From Negaprion brevirostris (taxonomy: Eukaryota): a DNA stretch of 64,000 nucleotides. Position 1 is the stretch's first letter. Each line of letters opens with the position of its first letter. Below are positions 13,760-28,503 of the stretch, piece after piece. The DNA lies in assembly GCA_030324005.1 (NCBI GenBank), contig JARDVH010000073.1, forward strand, positions 80,588,220 through 80,652,219, written 5' to 3'. Under the pieces are notes generated by a model. It worked only from the letters and a program-made list of their open reading frames with translations. It was not told where the DNA came from and did not search any database. A program made the position numbers and the translations under genes.

Positions 13760-13930
13760 ATGTGGAGATGCCAGCATTAGACTGGGATGGGAATATAGGA
13801 AGTTAAAGGGACCAAGTTAAAGTCAAACAGGTTTATTTTGGTGACTCACCTGATGAAGGAGCAGTACTCCGAAAGCTCATGATACCAAATAAACCTGTTG
13901 AATTTTGACCTGGTGTCATGAGACTTCTAA
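13760..13930 (+). mobile_element. Penelope-like terminal-repeat element with internal inverted halves and hammerhead motif (13846-13882)
   Basis: accaagttaaagtcaaacaggtttattt ... aaataaacctgttgaattttgacctggt form an inverted pair around tcac-CTGATGA-aggagcagtactcc-GAAA-gctc-atga. Confidence 0.7.
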
Positions 13931-15469
13931 TTAAGCAGTGGCTGTGCTAACTATGAAGGCAAACCGATGTTCAAACCCCTCGATATGATTGCAGGATGTA
14001 ACATTTTCACATAAACACAAATTTGGTTTCTATAATAAAATGAACATATATATGGTGAGCATTTTGAATTTTAAAGTTTATATTTGAATACATTACGTTT
14101 GATTAAAAAAAAAGTGGGAGAAAATAAAATTCTGCTAATAAATATCAACCTTCACAAACTATCATGGTAAAATGTGTTGCTGTGCATCAAAGGCTGGAAT
14201 CTCAGTGTTTCACTCCCTCAGGATTTTCGTTCAGTCATTTATATGTAACACAATGATGAAGTGCCACATCCAACAAACAAGAGATGCAGCTATACGTGTC
14301 ATATCAGAAATGCAGCACGGAAATGAAGACATTTCTAGAATTAATCAAATTCAATCCTAACTTTGTGTTTCACTATTAGAATGTAATTGAATGAACTTGC
14401 TCGTAAATCTCAGGAATCAGAGAAAATGGCTGCTTTTTGGCTTGCAACATGAAATAACCCTTGATGGCATGTAATGTGGCTACTGGTTTATTACAATTGT
14501 AAGAGAAATACAAATTAACATTTAAATGATTATGCAATGTCTGAATTATTTTCAGATTCAAATTACGTGATTTTCAGTGGTAAGAGTAAATTAGTGGTCT
14601 TGGCATATGTTACCCATTCAATTTCAAAGGGATTACGGAGATACACCATGATTTATAGGGAGGGGTGGTGAGATATTGGAGGAAGATTCAATTTAACAGA
14701 TGGTGGAAGGGGTAACAGGGGAAATACCACTCCCAGGGAGGGTGAATCTACAATGCTCAAGTGTACCAATCATGGCATGCAAGTAGGGGAAGGTCATTCA
14801 GGCCACTGATTTCATGCTGGAATGAGTCTCGCAAGAGTCTTTCATCCACAAGAGACTAAGCGTATGTAGCCCAAGAAATGTTGAAGACTACCATCAATGT
14901 TACCTGACCAGACAGGGTTTATAGGTAGAGATTTAGATAAAACCCGTGAGGACATCATTCTCAGGCTTGGCCCAGGAAGCAGGCACCATGGAGCAAGCTA
15001 TTTGGAAGGCTATTGAAAGACGATTTGAGTACAGGAGTAGTGAAGTCTTGCTTTAATTGCGTAGGAGCTTGGTTCAACCACATCTAGAGTACTGTCTGCA
15101 GATTTTGTCATGAGTCATTCTACAATGGCACTGCGCGGAAAGTCAAGATCAGTTAAATTCTACAGATGAACAATAATTGAACCAGAAAGTGTAAACCTAA
15201 TTTAATCTCCTATTGAACAAAGATTCTTTCCTTATCTTAGATTTCCACTGTTAATTCTTGTGATCATAATGTAAACTTGTACTATAATTACATGCTCCTC
15301 TCAGCATGGGTACTATCTGACTCTACTGGCAAGTAGGTGCAAAAATTGTGTTACATGTTTACCTAGGCATCTCTCTGTTATAAATATCAACAGAAAATTT
15401 ATAGTGAAAAAAATTGACTGAAGTAGATGCAGTCACATATATTTAATTAGGAACAAGTGAACAAGGAAC

Positions 15470-18400
15470 AGGAATAGACCAATCAGCCCCTCAAGCCTGC
15501 TGTACCATTTAGTAAGCGTCATAGAGTTTTACAACACAGAAAGAGTCCCTTCAGCTCATCATGTCTGCATTAGCCATCAAAGACAACACCAATCTACGCT
15601 AATCCCACCTTCCAGCACTTGGTCCGTTTCAAGTGCTCATCTAAATGGCAGCATGGTGGCACAGTGTGAGGCACTGCTGCCTCACAGCGCCAGGGACCCG
15701 GGTTCAATTCTGGCCTTAGTTAACTGTCTGTGTGGAGTTTGCGAGTTTCCTCTGGGTGCTCCGGTTTCCTTCCAAAGGTGTGCAGATTAGGTGGATTGGC
15801 ATTGCTAAATTGTCCCTTTGTGTTCCAAGATGTGTAGGTTACAGGGATTAACAGGGTAAATGTGTGGGGTTACAGGGATAGGGCAGGGGGTGGGCCTGGG
15901 TAAGGTACTCCATCAGAGAGTCAGTGCAGACCTGGTGGCCAAATGGCCTCCATTCTATGATTCTAACTGCTTCTTAAATGCTGTGAGAATTCCCACCTCT
16001 ACCATCCTATCAGACAGTGAGTTCCAGTTTCTTATTCCCTCTGGGTGAAAATGTTTTTCCTCAAATCACCACTAAATTTCATGCTCCAAATCTACACCCC
16101 TTGGTTATTGACCCTTCGACTACGATGAAAGGTTTTTTCCTATCTACCCTAACTACATCCCTCATAAATTTGTACATGTTGTTGAGGTCCTCTCTCAGCC
16201 TTCTCTGCTCCAAAGAAAACAATCTCAGCCGAACAGCCTCTCTTCATTGCTGAAACACTGCAGCCCAGGCAACATTCTGGTCAATCACATCTACACCCTT
16301 TCTAGTGTAATCACATTCTTCATACGATACGGCGGCCAGAATTGCACACAAAGCTTCAGCTGTGGCCGAACAAGCATTTTATACAGCTTCAGTCATAACC
16401 TCCCTGATGTTCTGTTATAAGCCTCAGTTAATAAAGCCAAGAATCCCACATGTCACGAAACAAAGGAAGTCTGTTATCCATAATTGCTGTCATGTAAAAA
16501 CTACAGATCTCTGATCTTGTACTTTATGAATTTTAAAACTGCATCAGCTTTTTTTTAATGGCTTTATGAACTTGCACCTGTAGTTTCAGCAATTATCTAC
16601 TTCAGCCATTCCACCTCTACCTGCTTCTCTATCACCTTCAGCAACCTTCACATTGTTCCCTTGTTTTCCTCCCAAAATGTACTCCCCGTAATTCTCTGCG
16701 TTAATTTGGATATGTTGACAGTCTGCCAATTTCTCTAACCTGTGCATGTCCTTAAGTCTTTGACTTTACCTTGCTGATGACAAGCCCCATACTTACTAAA
16801 AAATGTGGACTCGACCCTTGGGGTCGATTCCAACAAATCCTTGTTAACCCTAACACTTTGTTTTCTGTCTGACAAATTATTTTCTATCCACGATGCTACA
16901 TTTTTATTTGTAAGATATGCCTGGACTTTTGTCAATAGTATTCGATGTGACACTGACAAATGTTACCTGAAAATTCACATACATCTATTGTATTCATTAT
17001 TCGTACCGCATTTCTTTGAAAATAATTATATTTGTTAAACATGATTTTCCATTAACAAATATGTGATGGGTGTTCTTGATTATTCAATGCATCCGTAAAT
17101 ACTCCTAATTTCATCTTGAATGAGGGATTTTAAGAGTTTACCGACATATGAACAAGGAGCAGTAGGCCATTTGGCCCCTTGAGCCTGATCACTCAATACA
17201 AACATGGCTGATCTGATAGCAGTCTCAAATCTGCACCCTGCCTATACACAATAGCCTATCACCCCCTTGATTCCCAAGAATCTATCCACCTCTGCCTTAA
17301 AAGTAACAAAAGACTTTTCAGGAACAGTGTTCCAAAGATTCGCAACCCTCAATAGAAAAAAAATTGCCTCATCTCTGTCTTAAATAGGCAAACCCTTATT
17401 TTTAAACAGTGACTTCTAGTTATAGATTCTCCCACAAGAGGAAACATCCTCTCCACATCCACCCTCTCAAGATCCCTCAGGATCTTATGTTTCAATCAAG
17501 TCATCTCTTACTTTTCTAAACTTCAGCAGATATAAGCCTAACTTGTCCAATCTGTTCTCATAACACAATCTGCCCATTTTGGGAATTCAGCTGGAAAAAC
17601 TTCTCTGTTTGTTTCCAACTCATTACATCTTTCCTTAAATAAGGTGCTCAATACTGTGTTCCAGATGGAGTCTCACTAGTGTTCTGTATAACTGAAGTAT
17701 ATCGCCCTTACATTGGTATTCAATTCTCCTTGTGATAAATGATAACTTCTATTAGCTTTCCTGATTACATGCTGTACCTACTGTACATTCCACCCTTTTG
17801 GGATACATGCATATGGATATTAGACTAATTTGTCTATTTGATCTTTCCCCCCACTAATGAATACACTTAATAATAAATTGTAATACTGAATAGTCTAAAG
17901 TTTGATAACAAATCTGCTCAAATTCTTTGCCATCTATTCTGTGACTTCTTTCAAGAATCTATGGTATATGCTGAATTAGGTCATTTATAACTGAGATGTG
18001 TGATTTATTTTCAGAACCAAATCCTACATTATCCCAAATAATGTTCCCACGTAATTCCACAAAGCTATCTCTTTCACTATCATTTGAAAAATACTTACAG
18101 TCACTACTAAATCTTCCATTTGTAGAACAAATCTCCCTCTGATCCTTGGCAGGCATACTTTAATCTTTTACATTTAACATACTTAACAAAATGTTTACTT
18201 TATTATTTTTCATATTCTATTTCAGCACATCTGATTTCATTTCTGTGGCACATTTTCTACCTCCTTCATATTTTTTATTACATATTGTTAATATTGCATT
18301 AGTTTAACCTTTTAAGTTCCTGTTAAGTTTTACTTAATGCTATCTTTTGATTTGGATTATTTTCACTGTACAAGAATATATCTGTTTTGTACTTTATCCA

Positions 18401-18800
18401 TACCATATTTAAAAGGTCCCATATTGCTGATCTCAGCTGTTTTACTGAATTTATTATTTTTCTAGTCCGGAACCTGTATTTTTCACTAAATCATCATTTT
18501 CTATTTTCATATTGAGCCTAATGTGGTTACTTTCCAATTCTTCCCTTGCTCCGACATCAAAGGTGAATCAAAAAATGTTTTCCTTTTTGTATTAAAATCA
18601 TGCCAAGATCAGAAGCAGTCCTGGATGTTTTCTATAATGCATATTCCACTTTGATCAAATGTATTGTCTTTATGTTAGCCTATCCTGGAGCAATTAAAAT
18701 TGCACAATACTGTTGCCATCTTGGTCTTGCCCATGTCTCTGAACTGGCTACAAAGATCCCTGATGATCTTGTCTCTGCTCTTTGGTGTACTGTCTACCAG
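15470..18800 (-). mobile_element. Cluster of nested CR1 LINE fragments
   Basis: Several CR1 3' ends (15470, 15520, 17148) and an RT remnant VSHRILLTKVQAY..ASWIENNLSDRKQSVRVN at 16735-16959. Boundaries approximate. Confidence 0.7.
15647..15966 (+). mobile_element. HE1-type SINE, full length
   Basis: ggcagcatggtggcacagtg..cactgctgcctcacagcgccagggacccgggttcaattc ... ctatgattcta tail. Confidence 0.9.
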
Positions 18801-19099
18801 AAATTTAGAATTTTACTATTTCTCTTCAGATTGCTCAATTTATCTATCTGGATTCTGTTTCAATCCAACTATTTGGAACATATGTACTTTCTAGGACTTT
18901 AATAAGATCTTTTACTACAAACAACACTCATACTTTCTCCTCTTCGCTTTGCATGAAAATGTGTAAAAGAAAAATACGTTCCCAGCCTTGTCCAATCTAA
19001 AAAAACTACATACCATAATCCTCCATAATTATTAATGTTTCTGGGTGGTCTGCATATTTGCATACATATTATGATAACTTGTTTTTGAAGGTAGAACAA

Positions 19100-21120
19100 G
19101 TGGGCATTGTTCTTTGTAAATACTTTGTGACTGTTTTCGCAAAAGAAAAATATAAAAGTTAAAGTTTATTTATTAGTCACAAGTAAGGCTTACATTAACA
19201 CTGCAATGAAATTACTGTGAAATTCCCGCACTCCACTGCCTGTATGGGTCAATACACCTAACCAGCACATCTTTCAGATGGAGATTATGCAATTTGTTAA
19301 GGAGGAGGAATGTGAAATATTGATACATATATCGAGAGGGGCAATATTAACATGTCTAACATTTTAGGAATAGATAAATCNNNNNNNNNNNNNNNNNNNN
19401 NNNNNNNNNNNNNNNNNNNNNNNNNNNNNNNNNNNNNNNNNNNNNNNNNNNNNNNNNNNNNNNNNNNNNNNNNNNNNNNNNNNNNNNNNNNNNNNNNNNN
19501 NNNNNNNNNNNNNNNNNNNNNNNNNNNNNNNNNNNNNNNNNNNNNNNNNNNNNNNNNNNNNNNNNNNNNNNNNNNNNNNNNNNNNNNNNNNNNNNNNNNN
19601 NNNNNNNNNNNNNNNNNNNNNNNNNNNNNNNNNNNNTGTCCTGCGCTGTAATGTTATATGTTCTACGCACTTACGGGCAAATCACCCGGACTTAAATCAA
19701 AATGTTCTCAAAAAAAGTCTCAGAAACAGAATTAATTGTCAATTAATCAAGGACAGTAAACATCGATTTGTTGAAGGAATGTTGTGTCTAACTTGAATGA
19801 TGTTTCTGAAATGATAACGAGGAAGGTCTATTACGGTAGTATGTTTAATGTCATCCAGGGTCCCATATGGCAGGCTGATTGGAAAAGTTAAAGTCTATGT
19901 AGTCCACGTGAAAATGGCAAGGTGGATTCAGAATTTGGTCAGCTGCTGAAAGCAAGCGGTAATAGTCAATGGGCATTTTTGTGAGTGGATGGCTTTTTCA
20001 ATTGGGTTCAACAGAACTCAATACGAGGTCCCTTGTTATATCAATGGCAGACTAAGGGCGGCACCTTGGCATGGTGGTTAACAATGTTGCCTCACAGCAC
20101 CAGGGACTCGGGTTCAATTCCGTTCTTGGGTGACTGTGGATTTTGCATGTTCTCTGTGTCTGCCTGGATTTCCTCCAGGTGCTCTGGTTTCCCCCGAAGA
20201 TGTGCAGGCTGATTGGCCATGCTAAATTGCCCCTCAGTGTTAGGGGAGTTAGCAGGGTAAATAGGGTTATGGGGAGAGTGCCTGGGTGGGATTGTTGTCA
20301 GTGCAGGCTCAATGGAGCAAATTTCCTCCTTTCGCACTGTAGAGATTTTATGATTCTATGAGACATAAATGGTTTTAAAAATCCAGATAACACAATGTCA
20401 CTGTAGTTGACAGGGAGAAAGAAAATTATAAATGGCAGGAAGATGTCATGATGGTCAGATCGACTGAAAAGTGGCAAAATAAAATACAAGTGCCAAGGGA
20501 ATACATATTAATGGTAGGATATCGAGAAATGCAGAGGAAGGGTACACACCTACAAATCTCTGAGGTAAGAGAACAATAGATAAGTAGGTCAGATGTATTA
20601 GGCGCCATATGGGAATATCTGCCATTCTGAGTTGAGGCTTAGAGTTTAAGACGAGGGAGGTAATGTGAGAACTGTATAATACACTATTTAGGCTGCAGCT
20701 AAAGCACACAGAGTTCAGATCACCACATGACAGGAAAGATATAATTGCCTGAAAGAAGGTCAAGAAACCTAATCTCTCCAATCATATATTTACCTCAGCT
20801 GACTTGTTATTTCTATACTGATTAGCATGGGTCACTGGGAATAATTCCAGGATAATTATGTTTGAAGAGCTATTTTTATATTTATTGCCTAAATCTTAAA
20901 ACGCCATTTATACAGGTGCCAAATTCCATTCGTTCCAAATAGTCCTGATATGAACCATGGCTTCTGGATTTCTCAAAGAATGTTGCAAGGACTGGAGAAT
21001 TTTTGTTTTCAGGAAAGTTTGGAAATGATGGGATTGTTTTCTTTGAAACAGGGGAGATTAGATTTAAATTAGATGTATACAATTATGAGAGGCCTAGATA
21101 AATGGATAGTGAAGATCTAT
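19100..21120 (+). mobile_element. Highly decayed CR1 LINE with SINE insertions and a gap
   Basis: Nucleotide resemblance to CR1 ORF2 (aaatactttg...gttttc; aaggacagtaaacatcgatttgttgaagga; ctgtataatacactatttaggctgcagct). Confidence 0.55.
20056..20360 (+). mobile_element. HE1-type SINE, full length
   Basis: Same head, body and tail as the other copies. Confidence 0.9.
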
Positions 21121-23532
21121 TTAATTTGTAAAGAGGTTGTTACACTCCCTGAAGACATATCCTATTCATAACTTTAAACATGGACTGCATTCAGTATATT
21201 ATTTTCTGGAACTGTCTTTTATTTTAAAATGTACATTAACAGTGGCTAACAGTGGCTAACCTGGCTACCAAGTGTCAGGTGACTTTCACAATTTTTGCTC
21301 AGGCCTCTGGAAACTGCTTGATTGAATACCATGGGTGAACATACAAACAAGGAGCAGGAGTAGGCCATTCAGCCCCATGACCCTGCGTCATCATTTAACA
21401 AGATCATGATTGAGGTGGGACGTTTCCCTTTCAACAGGCATACTAAAGTGAAACCATCTATGAGATTTACATTGCTTTTGTTTGTGGTTTATTGTAACTC
21501 AAAATCTATGGATCTACTGTCTCCAAGCTTGATATTTAACAAAAGAGAACTGGAGAAACCAGTTCATCACAATTAGATGTGAATGGTCATAATCCATCTC
21601 CCATGACTTCAGGCCTCTAAACCACTCTGAGTAGATAACTTCAGCTGAGCATGAGACAAAACTAACTTCAGATCACAAATTCTTCTTTCCCAAAACCAGA
21701 GAGAAACTGGTCTGTCTACACAGAACAACTGCAAGACATCAGCTGCAGAAAAAGGCAGTAGGTCCACACCTTTTCAAACATGGAGACCACTACATCTTAA
21801 AAAGCCGCCCAGCCTGGTTCCTTTTCCAAGTCTACTTGTACAGAATTTTGACTCCCTGGTAAGAAAACCACAAGTAGCCAACTTTATGACCTGCTAGAAA
21901 AAGTCTGCCTCTTCAAAGGAATCCTGCGGCAACTCTGACATGTATCTCTGGTAACTGGAATCTACCTAGGCTAACACTTCAGGAGTGATAATGCCTTCTT
22001 CAATAGGCCCACAAGATTGCAATTTTCTATAAGAAACCAAATATGTGAACTATTCTTTTGTTTACAACTTGTAAGAGTGCACTGTCCTCTTTCACCTATA
22101 TTTATCTCAAGGGTATGTGCGTGTATGTGCTGAGTGATTGACATAATGTTATATGTTAGCGGGCCTGGAGACTTCAGTCCTGGGCTGCCTAATCACATTT
22201 AAATTCTATGCAAATAACTATGTAAATGCTTCTTCGTGCCTCCCCACCTATTTCTGGTGTGGGTCTGATGCTGCCAGAAATCCGGGAGATGCTAGCAGGG
22301 CGTAAATGCGCACGCGAATCCCGCAAATCGGCTGACGCAAGAATCTCCCAGCTAATTTTTTAACGCAGCGGGATGGGAGAATCACAGCCTACTTGCTAGG
22401 TGGATACTTTACACAGATGGAAACTATGAACTGAATGGTATTACATGGATAAAAATTACTAACAGTTCATTACATGAGGTGTCACTAGAAATTGAAAAAT
22501 GCATTACACAGAGGCTGACAAAGAGAGCAACATTTACTGTTTTCAGCATCAGATTCTGTCCATTACTCCACGAAAACTAAAAATGAATACTTTAAGATGG
22601 GTCAGAAATCCATCAACCCGTGATGTTAATTAAGCGAAGAATCAGTAATGGAATGGGAAGGGGAATGGCTGTAATTATTGAACAGGGGAAAGAGGAGAAT
22701 CCGAGAAATATTAAAAATTGAGGAAGTAGGGATGGAATAGATATTAATAGAAGAAGGGAGTAATGAGAAGAATCAGTTGGAGTGATGCTAGCACTAAGTA
22801 AGGCAGAGACAAGGGATAAAAAGGAGGAAAAATAAAAATATCAGAAATTAGCAAACATTCTTTAATAGAAAGCAGAAAACAACCCCCGTCAGCTTCTGTG
22901 ATATTCTAACGATGCAAATTTTGCACTTCACCGACTTGGATGAAAGGGAACTTAAATGTTACGAACAACGTAGGAACTTTGGACAGCTTGTCTGTCCAAA
23001 GATCCTGACATATACTATCATCTTTGAAGGCTTTTCCAAGCTTAATTTTAAATTTTATCATGGTGTTACCTTCCACTTCAAAACTTCTGCAGTTCCAACT
23101 AGTTCAAGTTCAAGAACTAGTTCGTAGGGCAGAAAATGCTGAGAAATCTCAGCAGGTCTGACAGCATCTGTGGAGAGAGAATAGAACTAACGTTTCAAGT
23201 CTGGATGATCCTTTTGTTAGTGCACTTGAACCTAGTTCAAGTTTGATATAGTGATATTGAGAAATAATTTTCCTGACCTCATACAGTATATTGTTTTCTT
23301 CACATGGAAAAATGTGTATGAGTGGCTCATTTCACAAAATGTGTACACACAGAACTGATCCCACATACTCAAGACACTAACACAATGCGTACGTACTGCT
23401 TTCACACAAAGCCAGGTCTCAAGTTCATTATCTAGCTTTCCTAAAAATTTTGCTCTTGTTTCCTTTGGTTCATCATGTCCTCCTAATACACATTGTGTGA
23501 TCAGTTTTCTATTCTTTTTGTCAGATTCATAC

Positions 23533-23655
23533 CTTTTGTCTGACTGCATGCCTTGGTTTTGTTGGCTGTTGCTGGTCTGTAGATCAGGAATATTTGCAAA
23601 GTCATCTTGTTCTGTCAAACCCATAACCAGGGAAAGGACCACCATCCGACCTTCA
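23533..23655 (-). CDS. SYT7: Synaptotagmin-7 linker exon (123 nt, phase 2/2)
   Basis: Encodes EGRMVVLSLVMGLTEQDDFANIPDLQTSNSQQNQGMQSDK(R), near-identical to SYT7 EGRMVVLSLVLGLSEQDDFANIPDLQNPGTQQNQNAQGDKR. Acceptor is ttcttCAG (23656-23658) and donor is GTATGA. It joins the upstream exon in frame (CT|T = Leu). Confidence 0.96.
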
Positions 23656-25834
23656 CTGAAGAAACCCATTCAGAGGAACAGGGCAGGGAGAGAGAGATAA
23701 GTAAGAGAGAAAGCTTCCAATATGCAACAGGCAGAGGTAAAACTCTGGTCTGGACTCAACTGCACCAAATGGGACTAGTTTGGAATTAAGGTTTTAATGG
23801 AGATGGAAAATACAGGGAGTAAGATTTGGAGGTAAGTATGCATGCCATGGAAGATGTAAGTTAAAAGAACAAACCCATTTTAGGTCCAGTGGAAAAGGAA
23901 CATTAATGATCATAATTGTGCAATTTCAGATACATGGGCAGAATTTTACACTCCTCCCGCCGATGGAATTTTCCGATCCCGCCCAAGTCTATGGACTTTG
24001 AGTGGCTCAACGAATTTACTAGCCCCATTGCATCAGGGGCAGAAGTGATGAACAAAATAAGCACTTGATTAAATCTGATTCATTATGATTTCAAATGGAT
24101 TTGATTTGAATACCTGCATGAGACTGCAAATGAAAAATCTTTCAAATTCTAACAGAAATATTCTGGTCTCAGCTGGGATGGTNNNNNNNNNNGACACTAC
24201 AATAGGCCTCAGTACCTTGAGCTAAGGAGGGTTCCCGCTTCTGAATGTTATCCAACTACTCCTGCTGGAAAGTATGAATGGGTCAATATCAGACGAGGAC
24301 AGGATTGGGCTCAGCTGTGTTGCTCCGCGCAGTCGAATAGTCTGTGTCAAATATCTTGTGTGTTTAAGTTGCAAAGAAATAAATTGCATGTTAGAGACAG
24401 GTCTTAACTAAAAATAAAGGACAATGCATAAACATTTGGAATGAACAGAATAGGTATAGAATAAAACTGTCATTGAATTTCAGCTCTCACAAATCCTCTG
24501 CTTAAAAGTCATTTGTATGCATAAGGTATAACATATGCATTAAGAAGTAGCATACTTCGGTTTCAGATTTTCACCCCTTTCAAGTTTATCTTTTCTCTCT
24601 CTGAAGTGCTGACAGTGGAACCAATCCCACAGGCAATTGCTACCCATCTCATCCAAGTAGCTATTAGATACGTGTGATCTGAGATAGCAAATGCTGAGGG
24701 TGTGGGGTGCACCACAGTTAAGTCTGATCCTGTCCCTGGATCCACACATATTCCAGCCTGGTAGAGTTCATAAACGTGAACCAGAGGTGATATTTCCTCT
24801 TGTAGCCTAAGGGTGCTGAGGCAAATTGGAGATCAATAGCTGAGATCAGCCTAGAGGTTGAATGTGGGACCTTCCTGATGTTTGTCTCAGTTCCACACTT
24901 AGCTGCATTCCTTATAACCGAGACATCAGGGGAGCCCATTTTCAATTAATTTATTTTTGAGCCTTTTGGCAGTTTTAGCTTTTAAAAAAAAACAAGCCAG
25001 GTAGAAAGCATCTAACAATTATTGCAGAAAATGTACTCTTGGTGAAAATTAGGGACCAAATGTAATGTTACCAAATGTTTAACAAATGTTTTGCACACTC
25101 ATTCACAGTTCACCTTGTTCACTGGTTATATAGATTGACAAGTGCATTTGGGAAGACAGAAGAGAAATACTACAGATCACACCAGACCATCTCCAGGTGC
25201 AGCTGAAAGAGACACAGAACTAAATCTTACCAAGATCTGAAAAACATACGTTCTTGAAACAAGAACTGTCAATTTTGAAATGAAAACGAGTTACAGCAAT
25301 TAGGAGTAAACTTCAATTCTGGGATTTTGTCATTAAAAATTGGTTGTAAACAAAAAGCGAAGGACATTTGTTAAATATTACTACTCAGTTAGATCAGGAT
25401 CACAATGGACACATCCAGAATTGGGCAATATTGATTCTCCAGGACAAAGCATCAGTGGCATCTACTTCTGTGCCTTCAATGATGTTCAATAATTTTCTGA
25501 TATTTTTGCATTTTTAAGCATTCCCATTGTTCTGGCAGCTCAGTGAAGACAGCTAGATCATATTTCATGAGACTGATATTGCACCATGCTTAGTTAACAT
25601 CTGTCCCAAATTTCAAGCCTCTTCTGCTGCAGTGGGAATGGGCACTCCTCTCATGTAATAAATTCTACTTTACAGTCTGGAACTACAAGATCTCAAATAT
25701 TGGAGGTAGCAGGTCATTTAACCTACAGCCGTAGAGTTGTCAGTGCCATGTATTTACTTCCAAGATACCCAGTGATTACACAAAAAAGAACTCACTTTAG
25801 AAAAGGCAAAAGTTTGGTATAATTTTTAAAAATG

Positions 25835-26140
25835 TATTCATTTGCATCTTTCGCAACTGTTATATGCCTCAAGGCATTTTACAGCTAATTAAGTACTTTT
25901 ATAAGTGGAGTTAACTATTATAAAGTAGGAAATGAGGTAGTCAATTTATGCATGGCATGCTCCCACAAACAGCAATGAGGCTATGAGCAGATAACCTGGC
26001 TTTGTGCTGTTTTTAAGGGATAAATATTGGCCAGTACACAGGGGATAATTGCCCTGTTCTTCTTCACAATGCAGTGGAAACCTTTTTGTCTCCCCAAGGG
26101 GGCAGATGGGGCTTGGTTTCATATCTTATCTGAAAACTGG
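25835..26140 (-). mobile_element. Deu-domain SINE (SacSINE1/AmnSINE-like) remnant
   Basis: ctcccacaaacagcaatgag...gggataaatattggccag.acacagggg...ggggcagatggggc..ggtttcatatcttatctgaaa, recognised by resemblance only. Confidence 0.55.
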
Positions 26141-28503
26141 ATGAGGCTGGATTGACTGCACATAAATGGATAGGACATTTCAGTTCTATTAAGTAACAAT
26201 GGAGGAATTGCCCTGCAAAGGAGAATTTATTACAGAAATCGATTTCCTAAACATGTCATAAAGCATCAACCATTTACATACAGTTCAATCTGAAATAGCT
26301 TGATTAAAGCTGAGTAGTCTATTCAACGACCACAAACAAAGAAGAGCCTTGACTTGATTGACAGGTAAAGAGCTTGTATTGTCATTCTCCTGCAAATGCA
26401 TTATATTTACATTCAGGCATTGGAAGGAAGAGGAGGAAACAATGTCGGACCCAATATTGATATTGTTTCATTAGTGGCCCATAGGAGTTGTTCTTAATTA
26501 ACTAAATAAGCATATTATAATTCTTTGCCATTTCCCTGTTGCATGATGGAACACTTACTCCAACTGAGAATCTAAGTTGTTTCTCCCAGCTGGAAAATTA
26601 ATGTATCTACATGTCACATTAAATTCCAAGCTCATTCTTTAACCAATAGGCTATTATCAGTAACTGGCCTGTCTCCCGTGAAATAAATTGCAGTAGAACA
26701 TTGACTAATATAAATATTCCCTGGTTCTGCCTCATCTGCTCTTCAATCTGGAGTCCTATTTTGCACTGCACATAGATTTTCTATTTCCGCATCTTCTAGT
26801 GGAAATACTGTACTGAATGGCATTGAAAAAACATACCTAGATGTTGACAAATGGAAGGAAAAAAGGCAGTAAAACTCAGAAATGATTGGTGCTGGTCTGC
26901 ACTGGAATTCCAATTCAAGGTACACAAGGCCAGTTCAGACCAGTCATTTTCCAAGTTTCTTTTTTTCTGGAAAATAGTAAGCTACATATTTTTATCATCA
27001 TCAGGTGGTCAGGATTATTTTTTGAGCATGTGATTGCATTTTTAAAAGATGTTTTCTCCTCTCTTAAAAATGGCAGCCCAGTTTCGGAACAGCAGAACTG
27101 CCGACAGCTTATCCGCTATAAATAAATTAGCACCTATCAGGTGGGAGAATCCGGTGGACACTTATTCCCAATTTGAGAGCATCATGGCCAACATTTCTTT
27201 CATTTCTTCCAAACTTCTGCTTCATCGCATTTCAGCAACGGTGAGCAACAAATGTAAGTTCACAAATGTAATGTAACACTTCTCAAGATTCTGTGTGTAA
27301 TGTGAAAATGCCTAACAAGAATGCACTCTTCTCCCAACCTCTTCAACGTGCATTCCAAGATGATTTATGAAGCTATAAAATGAATGAGTTGCAATATTTG
27401 TATATCATTATATTAATAGCTATAGAGAAGAGGGGATTAAAGAATTATAGCACAGTCTGGTACTGTAAGCAGCTGTTATGGTCACAGAGTGAAAACACAA
27501 GTAATTATATTTAGCAAGGATTAACAGGACTGGGCATGAAACAAGAGGTTTAACAGTTAGGTATGAATGTTCTGCTATTCAGAACCTTGGATTAGAGCAT
27601 TACTAATATACAGATAAGAAGTAGACTTACTTCACCAAGAAAACCAAATAAAATGCTGAATCAACTGCAGCAGGATACAATAGCTTACACTACACAGCAT
27701 CTAACGTAATGAAGTACCCCACGGAAATTCATGAAACAAGTGGATTGGCACCAAGGAGACAACTAGGAGAAGTGTACGATAGGAAGTTTTGAGGAGGCTG
27801 TATAATGTGGAAAGGAGAAGATACATTTAGAAATGAGTGTTAATAGTACGTCAGCTGCATTTAATAGCTTGTAGATGGTGGATATTAACTGGGTCTCACT
27901 TCTGCCCTGAAATGAATGTGTCAGGGGACCATTGAGCAATCAGTGAGCAACCAGCAGGACTTAGGGCGAGCTAACATTTAAGCTGTGCAATTCAATGTAA
28001 GGTTTGAATTTCCATCTGATGGATTTCAGGAGACTGGCTTGGGGAAATTGAAGTTGTTTTTCCTAGAAGTACAAAGGCAGGATTACTTGCAGTAGCAGTG
28101 AGAGAGAGAGAGAGAGAGGTAGTGATGGAGGCAGATGATGTGATAGAACTGAAATAGATATTCAGAAAAATAAATAAGAACAGAGAACATAGAAAACACT
28201 CAGAGACAAAGCAGTATCTGTACAGAGTTAACATATCAGGTCACTGACCTTTCATAAAAACTGGAAGGTGTTAAGTACTGAACAGCTTTAAAGCAATTTC
28301 AGATCCGGGAAAAAAGGATCAGGAACAGAACAAACTGCTGTGATATGTAAAAGGGTGAATGAAGGACAGGAGTCATTAAATGACAAAATAATGATAGTTC
28401 AAGGCAAATGGGTCAAGAGGAGGTATACCATAGCATCCTTTCAGTGCAGAAGGAAGCCATTTAGCCTATTGAGCCTGCACTGACAACAATCCCACCCAGG
28501 CTC

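Noticed and set aside
19352-19670. ORFs spanning N runs (also at 33166, 35058, 43126, 49354, 51926, 63540)
   Set aside because: They are artefacts of translating assembly gaps.
23232-23532. ORF-track extension of the SYT7 exon to 145 aa
   Set aside because: It is read-through past the GTATGA donor, and homology stops at SDKR.
24165-24945. LF-SINE-like ancient repeats near the 123-nt exon as exapted elements
   Set aside because: The resemblance is from memory, the copies are degraded, and there is no evidence of constraint without alignments.
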